Shown: positions 7,627 to 16,550, counted from the stretch's first letter. The stretch is DNA of 32,000 nucleotides from Erysipelotrichaceae bacterium (GCA_030604855.1 JAUVVC010000001.1:90001-122000), one strand, 5' to 3'. Notes: generated by a model from the sequence alone, not told the origin. Numbers and translations are program-made.

Positions 7627-9120
7627 ATGCATAGAAAAGACATGAATAACAAAGGCGTTGCCTTGGTCACAGTCGTACTGTTTTTTCTTGTGCTTGTCAT
7701 CTTGCTTGGTGGTGTGATGTTTTCATCGATTTCAAATCAGAATAACGCAGTTCTATCTAAAGAACATAGTTCAGCTTATTATACTGCTGAATCTGGATTG
7801 AATGTAGCGATGGAGAAACTTAAAAAACATCTTATAGATGGGAATTATGCGGATATTCCTGTTGGTCAGTACGATGCTAAGATTGCATCCCTTGAAAATT
7901 TTCTTAACACGCAACTAAATAATAGTGTAGGTACACTCAACGGGACTTCTCAAACTGGAACATATACGATTCAGGTTCAAAAAAGTTTGTCTGATCCAGA
8001 ATTATATACACTCCGGTCGATTGGTACTGTGGATGGAGTTTCGAGAACACTTGTAGGTGATTTTAAGATTACGAAAGTTTTAAAAGAGTTGATGAAAGCA
8101 GTGCTAACCAAGAACGGCATTAATAATACGGATGGTGGTGGTGGTGTCATCGACGGAGAAGTTGCGAGTTTGATGGAAACACCTGGATCTGTCATAAAGT
8201 TATCAGGGTGTGCTATAGATGCTGTTACAATACCTACAGGCACACCAGCAACAATCCCCAATTGTTCGCCAGCAATCCCAGTAAAGGATTTAGGGACGCC
8301 AAAACCAGTTTTTGATGCTACAGCCATAAATACAGCATTGCTTCAATATAATGATGATCCAGCGAATCTGATTAACCTTGTAGACAATGGGGGTAATTTA
8401 TTTACATTCCCATTACTTTCCGGAACACAAACAGGATATAAAATTGGTAAATTGCCAAATTCAAACATTACATTTGATTTAGGTACAGGTGCTGATAATC
8501 GCATTTTTGAGCTCTACGTTGATGATGTGGATTATGCAAATAATTTGGTTGGCAGTATCAATGTAAAAGGAAATGGGAAACTTAATGTCATTATTGTAAT
8601 TGATTCTGATGACACCAAAAAAGTTTCTGGTACTGACGGCTACTATAATTGGGGTTGGAATGTTAATAATAATCCTTTATTGACAGACTTATCTAAGTTC
8701 CAGTTGGTCGTTAAAAAAGGAGTTGGGTTTAGTACAAATGTTAATCCAACCTTTACGATGCCCAATGGTACGGTTTTTGTAGGTAGTTTGCTTGGTAATG
8801 ATGTCAATTTGTTTTTTGGTAATTTGGAGTTTAAAGGTTTCATCGCAACACTTGGGAAATCGATCACATTTAAATCGAACGGTGCTATCGCTGGCCCCAT
8901 GTGGATCTATGCTCCAAATGCACATGTGAGTGTTGAATCAGGAGCTGTCATAAATGGAGCGGTTATGGCGAGTTCAGTTAGCCTGACAAGTAATTCTTCA
9001 ATAATCTACAAAACTTATACAGGAACAATACCTTTTAATATTACACTTCCTACTTTTGCTGGGGGTGCCTTGTATCCTATTGGAATCACGTATAATTTCA
9101 TTAACTTCAAAGAAGTCTAA
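7627..9120 (+). CDS. Large PilX/PilK-like minor pilin (497 aa) lacking Glu+5; possible tip/adhesin subunit
   Basis: MHRKDMNNKG|VALVTVVLFFLVLVILLGGVMF resembles a PilX N-terminal segment with Thr at +5. The C-terminus has a repetitive beta-rich tail (GAIAGPMWIYAPNAHVSVESGAVINGAVMASSVSLTSNSSIIYK). AGGAGG SD. Confidence 0.7.
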   Translation: MHRKDMNNKGVALVTVVLFFLVLVILLGGVMFSSISNQNNAVLSKEHSSAYYTAESGLNVAMEKLKKHLIDGNYADIPVGQYDAKIASLENFLNTQLNNSVGTLNGTSQTGTYTIQVQKSLSDPELYTLRSIGTVDGVSRTLVGDFKITKVLKELMKAVLTKNGINNTDGGGGVIDGEVASLMETPGSVIKLSGCAIDAVTIPTGTPATIPNCSPAIPVKDLGTPKPVFDATAINTALLQYNDDPANLINLVDNGGNLFTFPLLSGTQTGYKIGKLPNSNITFDLGTGADNRIFELYVDDVDYANNLVGSINVKGNGKLNVIIVIDSDDTKKVSGTDGYYNWGWNVNNNPLLTDLSKFQLVVKKGVGFSTNVNPTFTMPNGTVFVGSLLGNDVNLFFGNLEFKGFIATLGKSITFKSNGAIAGPMWIYAPNAHVSVESGAVINGAVMASSVSLTSNSSIIYKTYTGTIPFNITLPTFAGGALYPIGITYNFINFKEV

Positions 9121-9137
9121 AACAAGAGGGGGGCTTT

Positions 9138-10325
9138 ATGAAGAGTTATCATATCCAGGCCGTTGATCAGGGCGGTAAGACGATTGAGGATATTATTGCG
9201 GCAGAAGATGCGCAAGAATTGGCACAGATCATCAAGAGTCGATCATTATACTTATTAGAATACAAAGAAGGGGTATCGACATCCGATTCCATCACGAAAT
9301 TGCCACTCAAGAGTTTGGTCATTTTCTGTCGTCAATTGGGTACGATGGTTGGATCTGGGATACCCATTGTACAAGCCTTGGATATGCTTCAAGCCAAAGC
9401 CGATAATAAGAAAGCCCGTCAGATCTTCCGAAATATTTATGAAGAAGTTCAAAAGGGCAATTCTTTATCCAAGGCGATGCAGTTGCAGAAAGGATCTTTC
9501 CCTGAGCTTTTGACGAACATGGTCATGGCAGGGGAAATGGGTGGTACTTTGGACCACAGTCTTTCCCGTATGTCCACGCACTATGAGAAGGAACAGAAAC
9601 TCAATAATAAAATCAAGTCGGCAAGTATTTATCCGGCTATTTTGGGTGTCGTATCCGTAGCTGTCATCTTATTGTTAGTCACTTTTGTATTGCCGACCAT
9701 CACCAGCATGTTTCCTGCTGAAAACATGCCTTGGTCAACAACCCTGATTCTTGGCTTCAGTGAGTTTCTCACAACCAATTGGATCGCGCTCTCTGGGGGG
9801 CTGTTGATTTTCGTGGTAGGCGTACGATTATTGTTGAATGTTCGGGATATCCGTGTACAATTCGACAAATTGAAGTTGCTCTTACCTGTGTTTGGTCCGT
9901 TGAACCAAACTGTTTACTCCGCACGTTGTGCTCGTGCTTTGGCATCGCTGTATTCCAGTGGTGTTCAAACCATTGATATGTTGGAAACCACATCACGTGT
10001 CTTGAATAATACTTATCTTGAAGATCAGTTCATCAATGTCATTGAAGATGTGACTAAGGGTGAATTCATTTCGAAAGCGATTCAATCAACCGGTTCATTC
10101 GATCCGATGTTGTCATCGATGATTTACATTGGTGAAGAATCCGGTTCATTAGGGGATATTTTGAACAGTACGGCGGATTACTTCGATAACGAAGCGGATT
10201 CTGCCTTACAAAGAATGATTGCGATGATTGAACCGATCATGATTGTAATCTTAGGGGTTATAATAGGCTTTATTGTTGTTTCGATCATACAACCGATCTT
10301 TACGATGTATGAATCCATTGGTTAA
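9138..10325 (+). CDS. pilC: Type IV pilus platform protein PilC (GspF/T2SS-F family)
   Basis: 395 aa with two T2SSF-like repeats (FCRQLGTMVGSGIPIVQALDML...; FARALASLYSSGVQTIDMLE...) and 3 TM segments. Confidence 0.9.
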   Translation: MKSYHIQAVDQGGKTIEDIIAAEDAQELAQIIKSRSLYLLEYKEGVSTSDSITKLPLKSLVIFCRQLGTMVGSGIPIVQALDMLQAKADNKKARQIFRNIYEEVQKGNSLSKAMQLQKGSFPELLTNMVMAGEMGGTLDHSLSRMSTHYEKEQKLNNKIKSASIYPAILGVVSVAVILLLVTFVLPTITSMFPAENMPWSTTLILGFSEFLTTNWIALSGGLLIFVVGVRLLLNVRDIRVQFDKLKLLLPVFGPLNQTVYSARCARALASLYSSGVQTIDMLETTSRVLNNTYLEDQFINVIEDVTKGEFISKAIQSTGSFDPMLSSMIYIGEESGSLGDILNSTADYFDNEADSALQRMIAMIEPIMIVILGVIIGFIVVSIIQPIFTMYESIG

Positions 10326-10342
10326 TAAAGGGGGCATGTGCT

Positions 10343-11239
10343 ATGGCATTATCGATTGAAATTCGACACGGTTACGTCTACCTGGTCGAAGCACGCACTG
10401 GAAAGATGAGTGCAGGACTGCAAAAGACACACTACTATGAATATCCGGAAGAATGGGTTACAGAGACCGGCATCACCAATGTTGAGGGATTTGCGTCATT
10501 GCTTTTGCAACACCTCAAAGAGCAGAACATGCGTGATAAGAAAGCGTATTTCTGCATCAACAACAATGCGGTCATTTATCGTGAACTGAACATTCCAAAA
10601 GTTGATGAAAGAAAGGTTCAATTGCTTGTCAAAACCGAAATGATGAGTGCTTTGAACCTGACACCGGACTACATCATGGATTATGTCTATCTCAATGATG
10701 TGGAAGTCGAAGGCAATGTACAAAGTCGTGTCTTAGGGGTTGCGATGCAGATCAAAGCCATTGAATCTTTATTGGAAGTCGCAAAATTGTGTAAATTGGA
10801 TGTTCAAGGCATCGATTCCGCAACCAATGCCATCATCAAGATGATGGAAGAAAGTCCATTATTGGAGAATACGACACAATTGATTGTGGCGGATATCGGG
10901 AATGGTCACTTGCGATTATACCTATTTGAAAATGGTATCTATGCATTGGCACGCAACAATAAGATCATCTCCTTTAAAGATGTCACACCAGAAGAAGTTA
11001 CGAATTCCATCGTCGACAACATCAATAAGATGATTCAGTTTTCTTATACTCGTAAGAATGGATCGGATTCCAAGAAAGTTGTGATCACCGGCATTGATGA
11101 AGAGTTGGAAGATGTCCAAAGATTCGTTAATGAGAACTTGTTGATTGAGTGTGAGATCTTAGGGAAACCACACTACGTTACTGGTCATAAATTTGAAAAC
11201 AGATACACCAATGCCGTTGGCGCATTGTTGAGGAAGTAA
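10343..11239 (+). CDS. pilM: PilM-like actin-fold pilus assembly protein
   Basis: 298 aa with the second phosphate-binding element LIVADIGNGHLRLYLF. Sits directly upstream of pilN/pilO-like genes. The first DxG motif is degenerate (EIRHG). Confidence 0.7.
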   Translation: MALSIEIRHGYVYLVEARTGKMSAGLQKTHYYEYPEEWVTETGITNVEGFASLLLQHLKEQNMRDKKAYFCINNNAVIYRELNIPKVDERKVQLLVKTEMMSALNLTPDYIMDYVYLNDVEVEGNVQSRVLGVAMQIKAIESLLEVAKLCKLDVQGIDSATNAIIKMMEESPLLENTTQLIVADIGNGHLRLYLFENGIYALARNNKIISFKDVTPEEVTNSIVDNINKMIQFSYTRKNGSDSKKVVITGIDEELEDVQRFVNENLLIECEILGKPHYVTGHKFENRYTNAVGALLRK

Positions 11240-11241
11240 GT

Positions 11242-11808
11242 ATGAAAAAGCAAGATATGAACTTATTGCTTGCCTATAGAGCCGAGCAAAAACGTAAAGC
11301 AAATAAGATGTCGCCGATGCAGGTGTATACCATCGTATTGATTGGGGCGATCTTGATCGTCGGTGCCTTTGCCATCAAACTCTTTGTCGATAATCTGAAT
11401 GTGAAGAATGAGTCCGCTTCCATAGAAGCTTACATCAATGATCCATCGGTTGTCGCTAAGATGCAAAAGATTGATAAGCTTCAAAGTGATATCAAACAAT
11501 TGGATGAACTCGCTGTTGAAGCTGCAACGCTAAAAGATGTCATCGCGTATAAACCACGCTTTGATTCTCAAGTCTTGGATATCATCTATTATGAAAAGCC
11601 AAGTACCTTGAAAATCACAAACATTGATTTTGCGTCCAATACCGTGACTTTGGATTACACGGCGACCTATGTCTCGGATGTATCCAATTATGCCTTAAGA
11701 TTACAGCGTACCTTCAGTTTCGCAGATGTTTCGTATTCCGGGTATACCTACAATGATAATGGGACCTACAGTGGGACCATTGCCTTGGTTATGAAGGGGG
11801 GCAACTAA
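11242..11808 (+). CDS. pilN: PilN-like bitopic pilus assembly protein
   Basis: N-terminal MNLLLAYR resembles the PilM-binding INLLP motif. One TM helix (VYTIVLIGAILIVGAFAIKLF), then a coiled-coil and an alpha/beta region. 188 aa. Confidence 0.7.
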   Translation: MKKQDMNLLLAYRAEQKRKANKMSPMQVYTIVLIGAILIVGAFAIKLFVDNLNVKNESASIEAYINDPSVVAKMQKIDKLQSDIKQLDELAVEAATLKDVIAYKPRFDSQVLDIIYYEKPSTLKITNIDFASNTVTLDYTATYVSDVSNYALRLQRTFSFADVSYSGYTYNDNGTYSGTIALVMKGGN

Positions 11809-11809
11809 G

Positions 11810-12544
11810 ATGAAAGTCTCAAAACGTGAAGCCTTCTTATTGTTCATACTCGCTTTTATCGGCATTATCGGGATGATGGTTGCCTTTGTTATCCTTCCAT
11901 TATTGGGTGAGTTGGATGCGAATAAGGCTATATTAAGTGAACTTCAAAGTCGTAAGTTGGTAATTGATACAACGTTGCCCAACGAAAAGGCACTTCAAGC
12001 CCAACACGATACGAAGTTGGAAGAAGTTTCTAATCTACTGCATGCCTTTGAATCCCCGATCAATGAAGCTCAATTCGAACGTTGGGTTTTACCTTTAACT
12101 AGTAAATATAACATGCGCATCACCAACACTGACTTCGTCGAAGTCAGTGCCACAACGCCAAAGGCGATTGATACAGTGCCATCTGAAGTTTACTATTCGA
12201 TCCGTGATTTGGTGGACAAATACCACGCGGTCGTAAAAGAAGAACTCGCCGTACCTGATACGAGTTCGTTGTTGATGTTGTCGCAACACACCTACGATGT
12301 GAATACAACGTATGCGCGTTATGTATACTTCTTGGATTCTGTTCGGGATTGGAATACCTCGATCTTGATCTCAAATTCCAGTTATAACTTTGAGGATGCG
12401 ACCGCAAGTTTCACCTTCGATTTGTTTGCACTTCATCAATTATTACCGGATGATATCGAAGTGGATTATACACCAGACATCATTGCTGGCGGTACAGGTA
12501 AGGGTGATCCCAATGAAGATCCGCATCCTGAAGGCGGGAAGTAA
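11810..12544 (+). CDS. pilO: PilO-like bitopic pilus assembly protein
   Basis: One TM helix (AFLLFILAFIGIIGMMVAFVILPLL) followed by a coiled-coil. Gene order is pilM-pilN-pilO. The acidic/Pro-rich tail is not typical of PilO. Confidence 0.6.
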   Translation: MKVSKREAFLLFILAFIGIIGMMVAFVILPLLGELDANKAILSELQSRKLVIDTTLPNEKALQAQHDTKLEEVSNLLHAFESPINEAQFERWVLPLTSKYNMRITNTDFVEVSATTPKAIDTVPSEVYYSIRDLVDKYHAVVKEELAVPDTSSLLMLSQHTYDVNTTYARYVYFLDSVRDWNTSILISNSSYNFEDATASFTFDLFALHQLLPDDIEVDYTPDIIAGGTGKGDPNEDPHPEGGK

Positions 12545-13294
12545 TTAAGCAAAAAAGCTTAAATACCAGTTCCACAAATCATTGCCATATAAATAAGCAA
12601 AATAGATGCCGACACACAGATAGGGACCAAATGCGATCAGCGATTTGCGTTCCTTCTGTTTTGTCACTAGTAGATAGATCGCAATGCTTCCACCTAAGAT
12701 GCTTCCAATGAAGAAGGCAACCAAGGTTGCTTTGAATCCCAGAAGCAAACCAGCTACGGCAATCAATTTGATGTCTCCACCTCCAATACCGCCTGTTAAA
12801 TAGGCAATGAGATAAAAGGGGATACTGATGATGAAGAAGCCAAATAGGTGATCCAGCAAGGGTAAGGGTGTAATGAGAAGCATACCAAATGCGAGTGTTA
12901 GAATCATGATTTGAAATCGATCGTAGATTTCCATGGTATCGATGTCAATCATTGTAACGATGATCAAGATGGATGCCAAAAGAATACCAATTAATGTGAA
13001 ATAGCTGTAGCCATAACGAAGATAAACCAAGACGTATGAGATTCCTGTAATCAATTCAATCAAAGGATAACGCCATGAAATGGCTTCCTTACAGTGTCGA
13101 CATTTTCCTTTTAGAATCAAATAGCTTAAAATAGGGATAAGGTCATAGGCTTTGATCGGCTCCATGCATTTGGGACAATGCGAAGAACCATGAACAATGG
13201 ACTCCTTATTAGGAAGTCGATAGATAACGACATTGAAGAATGAGCCGAAGATGGCTCCAAAGATGAATAAGATGATGAGAATAGGTGTTTCCAT
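12545..13294 (-). CDS. pilD: Prepilin peptidase / N-methyltransferase PilD (A24 family)
   Basis: CPKC...CRHC zinc-binding motif of the N-terminal domain, a polytopic membrane body, and GGGDIKL, the second catalytic Asp motif (GxGD) of A24 peptidases. Confidence 0.9.
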   Translation of the reverse strand: METPILIILFIFGAIFGSFFNVVIYRLPNKESIVHGSSHCPKCMEPIKAYDLIPILSYLILKGKCRHCKEAISWRYPLIELITGISYVLVYLRYGYSYFTLIGILLASILIIVTMIDIDTMEIYDRFQIMILTLAFGMLLITPLPLLDHLFGFFIISIPFYLIAYLTGGIGGGDIKLIAVAGLLLGFKATLVAFFIGSILGGSIAIYLLVTKQKERKSLIAFGPYLCVGIYFAYLYGNDLWNWYLSFFA

Positions 13295-13358
13295 TGCAGA
13301 TACCTCGATACCACTATTATACCGAATTTAGGGCATTAAATAAAAGGAAGGGTAGAAC

Positions 13359-15041
13359 ATGAAAGCAGTCCGTTTAGGCCAAGTATTGGTCGATGAAAAA
13401 ATCATTACAGAAGATCAATTGAACTTGGCGTTGGAACGCCAGAAAACCGTAAAGAAACGTTTGGGGAATGTCATATCCGATATGGGAATGGCCAGTGAAC
13501 GGGATATTTTACGTGCTTTGGCAAAACGTTTGCAAGTCGAGTATGTCGATACACCCTTATTCCAGATAGAATTGGATTCCATTCGTTTGATTCCGGAACA
13601 TTTGGCGCGTAAGTACAACATCGTTCCTTTAAACATGCGTGCCGGTGTCATTACGATTGCGACCAATGATCCCTTGGATTTCACCTGTTTGGAAGATTTG
13701 GGCATCATCACGGGTATGGAGATTCGGACCGTCGTATCGTCAAGCATTGAAATTGAGAAAGCCATCAATCGTGTGTATACCCGTCAAAATGCGGATGAAA
13801 TCCTCAATGACATCCGCGATGAATATGGTGTCAGTGCCACTGCGATGGAGAATGCGGATGATGAATCGATGGCGGAGCGTGTCGATTCCGCACCGGTCGT
13901 AAAGCTTGTCAATAACCTTATCTTCGACGCCTTCCAACAGAATGCATCGGATATCCATATTGAACCGGAAGATAATCTCACAAGAGTGCGTTATCGTATC
14001 GATGGAGACTTACAACTTCACAATGAGTTTTCTGCGGATGTGCATCAGTTGATCATTACCCGCATCAAAATCATCAGTGGGATGAACATTGCCGAAAAAC
14101 GGATTCCACAAGATGGCAGTTTCCAGTTCAAGAGTGAATTCTTTACTTTTGATATTCGTGTATCGTCTCTTCCAACACCATATGGTGAGAAGATCGTTTT
14201 ACGTTTGTTAGGTGCAGACCGAAATATTGACTATAATCTTTCCAGTTTGGGTTTATCACCCTATACCCAGGAAATTATTCAAAAGGCCATCAAACTTCCA
14301 CATGGAATTCTTTTGGTCACAGGTCCAACCGGAAGTGGTAAGACCACGACTTTATATTCCATGTTGGCGCAATTGGCTGACATCAAGAAAGCCATCGTAA
14401 CCATTGAAGACCCGATTGAACGTAAGTTCAGAGGGATCACCCAAGTCCAAGTCAATCCACGATCCGGCTTAACCTTTGCGAGTGGTTTGCGAAGCATCTT
14501 ACGTCAGGACCCCGATACGATCATGATCGGGGAAATCCGTGATGGGGAAACCGCTGAAATCGCCATTCGTGCTGCGATCACCGGTCACTTTGTGCTTTCA
14601 ACCGTCCATACCAATGATGCTTTATCCACGGTTGTCCGTTTAGTCGATATGGGTGTAGAACCTTTCTTGGTCGCATCCTCTGTCAAATGTGTCATTTCAC
14701 AACGTTTGGTTAAGAAAATCTGTCCAGTTTGTAAAGTTGAGCATAAAGTGGATCTTTCCGACAACATGCTTTTACAAACCAATCTCGTAACGGCTCACAA
14801 AGGCAATGGTTGTTCGGAATGCAACCAGACGGGTTATCAAGGCCGTACGGCCGTGTTTGAGATCATCTTGATCGACAACAAGCTTCAAGAAATGATCGCA
14901 GACAGAGCAAATATGGATGATTTGAAGGTGTATGCTCGAGAAAAGAAGATGCGTATGCTGAGAGAAGAAGTTTTAGATTTGATCAACACTGGTGTGACGA
15001 CGGTTGAAGAAGGCATCCGCATTCTCTACTCCGTCGATTAA
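13359..15041 (+). CDS. pilB: Type IV pilus extension ATPase PilB (GspE family) with N-terminal MshEN/T2SSE_N domain
   Basis: Walker A GPTGSGKTT, Asp box VTIEDPIE, Walker B DPDTIMIGEIRD, His box VLSTVHTNDA, tetracysteine CPVC...CSEC. N-terminal tandem RLG motifs. Confidence 0.95.
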   Translation: MKAVRLGQVLVDEKIITEDQLNLALERQKTVKKRLGNVISDMGMASERDILRALAKRLQVEYVDTPLFQIELDSIRLIPEHLARKYNIVPLNMRAGVITIATNDPLDFTCLEDLGIITGMEIRTVVSSSIEIEKAINRVYTRQNADEILNDIRDEYGVSATAMENADDESMAERVDSAPVVKLVNNLIFDAFQQNASDIHIEPEDNLTRVRYRIDGDLQLHNEFSADVHQLIITRIKIISGMNIAEKRIPQDGSFQFKSEFFTFDIRVSSLPTPYGEKIVLRLLGADRNIDYNLSSLGLSPYTQEIIQKAIKLPHGILLVTGPTGSGKTTTLYSMLAQLADIKKAIVTIEDPIERKFRGITQVQVNPRSGLTFASGLRSILRQDPDTIMIGEIRDGETAEIAIRAAITGHFVLSTVHTNDALSTVVRLVDMGVEPFLVASSVKCVISQRLVKKICPVCKVEHKVDLSDNMLLQTNLVTAHKGNGCSECNQTGYQGRTAVFEIILIDNKLQEMIADRANMDDLKVYAREKKMRMLREEVLDLINTGVTTVEEGIRILYSVD

Positions 15042-15050
15042 GGGGGACTT

Positions 15051-16106
15051 ATGTTACACACGATTCTAAAATATGCACGGGACCATCAATGCTCAGACAT
15101 CCATTTGGTCGCAGAGCGCAAACCGGTTGTTCGTGAAATTGGGGAACTTGTCAGTTTGAACTTGGATCCCTTGAGTAGGGACGATGTTTTTGATGTCATC
15201 AAGATCATCCTATCCGAAGAACAATTCGATTTATATCTTTCCAATAACGATGTGGATTGCTCATACACGGACGACTCCGGTCACCGTTATCGGATCAATG
15301 TCTATCGCCAACAAGGCCTTCCTGCCATCGCCCTCAGACTTTTGAACAATCACATCCCGACCGTGGATGAGATGAAACTTCCACCGATTTTGAAAGAAAT
15401 TTCGCTCCTCCCGCGTGGGTTGGTCTTGGTCACAGGTCCTACGGGAAGTGGGAAATCCACTACCCTTGCGGCCATGATCAATCACATCAACACGAATAAG
15501 TCGGAACATATCCTCACATTGGAAGATCCCATTGAATACATTCATCAATCCAAACAAAGCATGATCAATCAGCGTGAAATTCATAAAGATGTTCATGACT
15601 TCAATACGGGATTAAGATCCGCACTCCGTGAAGATCCCGATGTCATTCTCGTCGGGGAAATGCGTGACTATGAAACCATCAGCTTAGCCCTCACAGCCGC
15701 AGAAACCGGACACTTGGTCTTCTCGACCTTGCATACCACCGGTGCCGCCGCAACCATCGACCGTATCATCGATGCCTTCCCACCGCACCAACAATCTCAA
15801 ATCCGGATACAATTAGCCAACGTGCTCAAAGCGGTCATCTCACAATCTCTCCTTCCGAGAGCAGATTATGCAGGCCGTACCGCCGTGCATGAAATCATGC
15901 TTATGACGGATGCGATTGGAAACATGATCCGTGAAAACAAGATTGTCCAGATAAACACCGCGATTCAAACGGGACTACGGATCGGCATGCAGACACTGGA
16001 TGGCAATTTAGCGAAGTTGGTGACCGATCAAGTCATCTCCTTTGAAACAGCTTCTGAAATCACAAGTAATGTGGAATTGTTAAAACGATACTTAGGTAGG
16101 GCATAA
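15051..16106 (+). CDS. pilT: Type IV pilus retraction ATPase PilT
   Basis: 351 aa with SDIHL, GPTGSGKST, LTLEDPIE, DPDVILVGEMRD, VFSTLHT and the PilT-specific AIGNMIRENK (AIRNLIRE-type) motif. Confidence 0.95.
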   Translation: MLHTILKYARDHQCSDIHLVAERKPVVREIGELVSLNLDPLSRDDVFDVIKIILSEEQFDLYLSNNDVDCSYTDDSGHRYRINVYRQQGLPAIALRLLNNHIPTVDEMKLPPILKEISLLPRGLVLVTGPTGSGKSTTLAAMINHINTNKSEHILTLEDPIEYIHQSKQSMINQREIHKDVHDFNTGLRSALREDPDVILVGEMRDYETISLALTAAETGHLVFSTLHTTGAAATIDRIIDAFPPHQQSQIRIQLANVLKAVISQSLLPRADYAGRTAVHEIMLMTDAIGNMIRENKIVQINTAIQTGLRIGMQTLDGNLAKLVTDQVISFETASEITSNVELLKRYLGRA

Positions 16107-16154
16107 TAGTATTAGTTATTATTTGCTTATATGTATTATTTCGTGAATTAAATG

Positions 16155-16183
16155 TTGACGAACACCTTAAAAAGGGGTTTAAT
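16155..16183 (+). promoter_or_regulatory. Dedicated promoter of the major pilin gene
   Basis: TTGACG (16155-16160), 17-nt spacer, TTTAAT (16178-16183). AGGAGG SD before ATG 16212. Confidence 0.5.
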
Positions 16184-16211
16184 TTACTTAACAAGGAGGG
16201 GAATATAATAT

Positions 16212-16550
16212 ATGAAAAAAATTCTCACTAAAAAAGGGTTTACATTAATTGAGTTGATTGTTGTTATCGCTATTTTGGCTATTTTGGCTGCTATTTTGAT
16301 TCCGAGTTTGGTAAATTATTTAAATGAAGCAAAAATCGCAAAAGGTACTGCTAATACAAGATCACAATATACAGCTGTAATGCTGGATGTTGCTACTGAT
16401 GGAGATCTCGATGTTACGCCTGCAGGATGTAATGTTACATTAAATGCTTCAAATGTTGTTACAGCATTCTATTGTGATTATGATTCTATGAGATTTACAA
16501 TTAATGTAACAACTGGTGCTGTTACAACAGGTGCAATACCAGCTTCTTGA
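16212..16550 (+). CDS. pilA: Major type IV pilin
   Basis: MKKILTKKG|FTLIELIVVIAILAILAAILIPSL is a canonical class III signal with Glu+5. 112 aa. A C-terminal Cys pair (C73...C87) probably forms a disulfide loop. Has its own promoter and a strong terminator. Confidence 0.9.
   Translation: MKKILTKKGFTLIELIVVIAILAILAAILIPSLVNYLNEAKIAKGTANTRSQYTAVMLDVATDGDLDVTPAGCNVTLNASNVVTAFYCDYDSMRFTINVTTGAVTTGAIPAS

Noticed and set aside
9128-9133. G6 runs (9128-9133 before pilC, 11796-11801 at the end of pilN) as phase-variation tracts
   Set aside because: They are short. The first is simply the SD of pilC and the second encodes Gly-Gly and serves as the SD of pilO. There is no frame disruption, unlike the C6 run at 24814.
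13415-13981. Several antisense or alternative-frame ORFs (60-117 aa) within pilB; similar ones occur in pilC, pilM, pilT and the GGDEF/EAL genes
   Set aside because: All are nested in genes with strong family motifs and lack start signals, so I treat them as spurious six-frame products.
16107-16211. c-di-GMP riboswitch upstream of pilA (as in Clostridioides difficile pilA1); 6603-6735 upstream of the minor-pilin operon was also checked
   Set aside because: The pilA leader is only about 25 nt after the predicted promoter. Neither region contains the conserved GEMM-type elements I remember (for example GGCAAACC and ACGCAAAGC contexts). This should still be confirmed with covariance models.
6736-16550. 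Interpretation of the pilin/ATPase cluster as a ComG-type competence pseudopilus operon
   Set aside because: ComG operons lack PilM/PilN/PilO and a PilT retraction ATPase and have the comGA-GB-GC...GG order. This locus has all the T4aP-type accessory genes.
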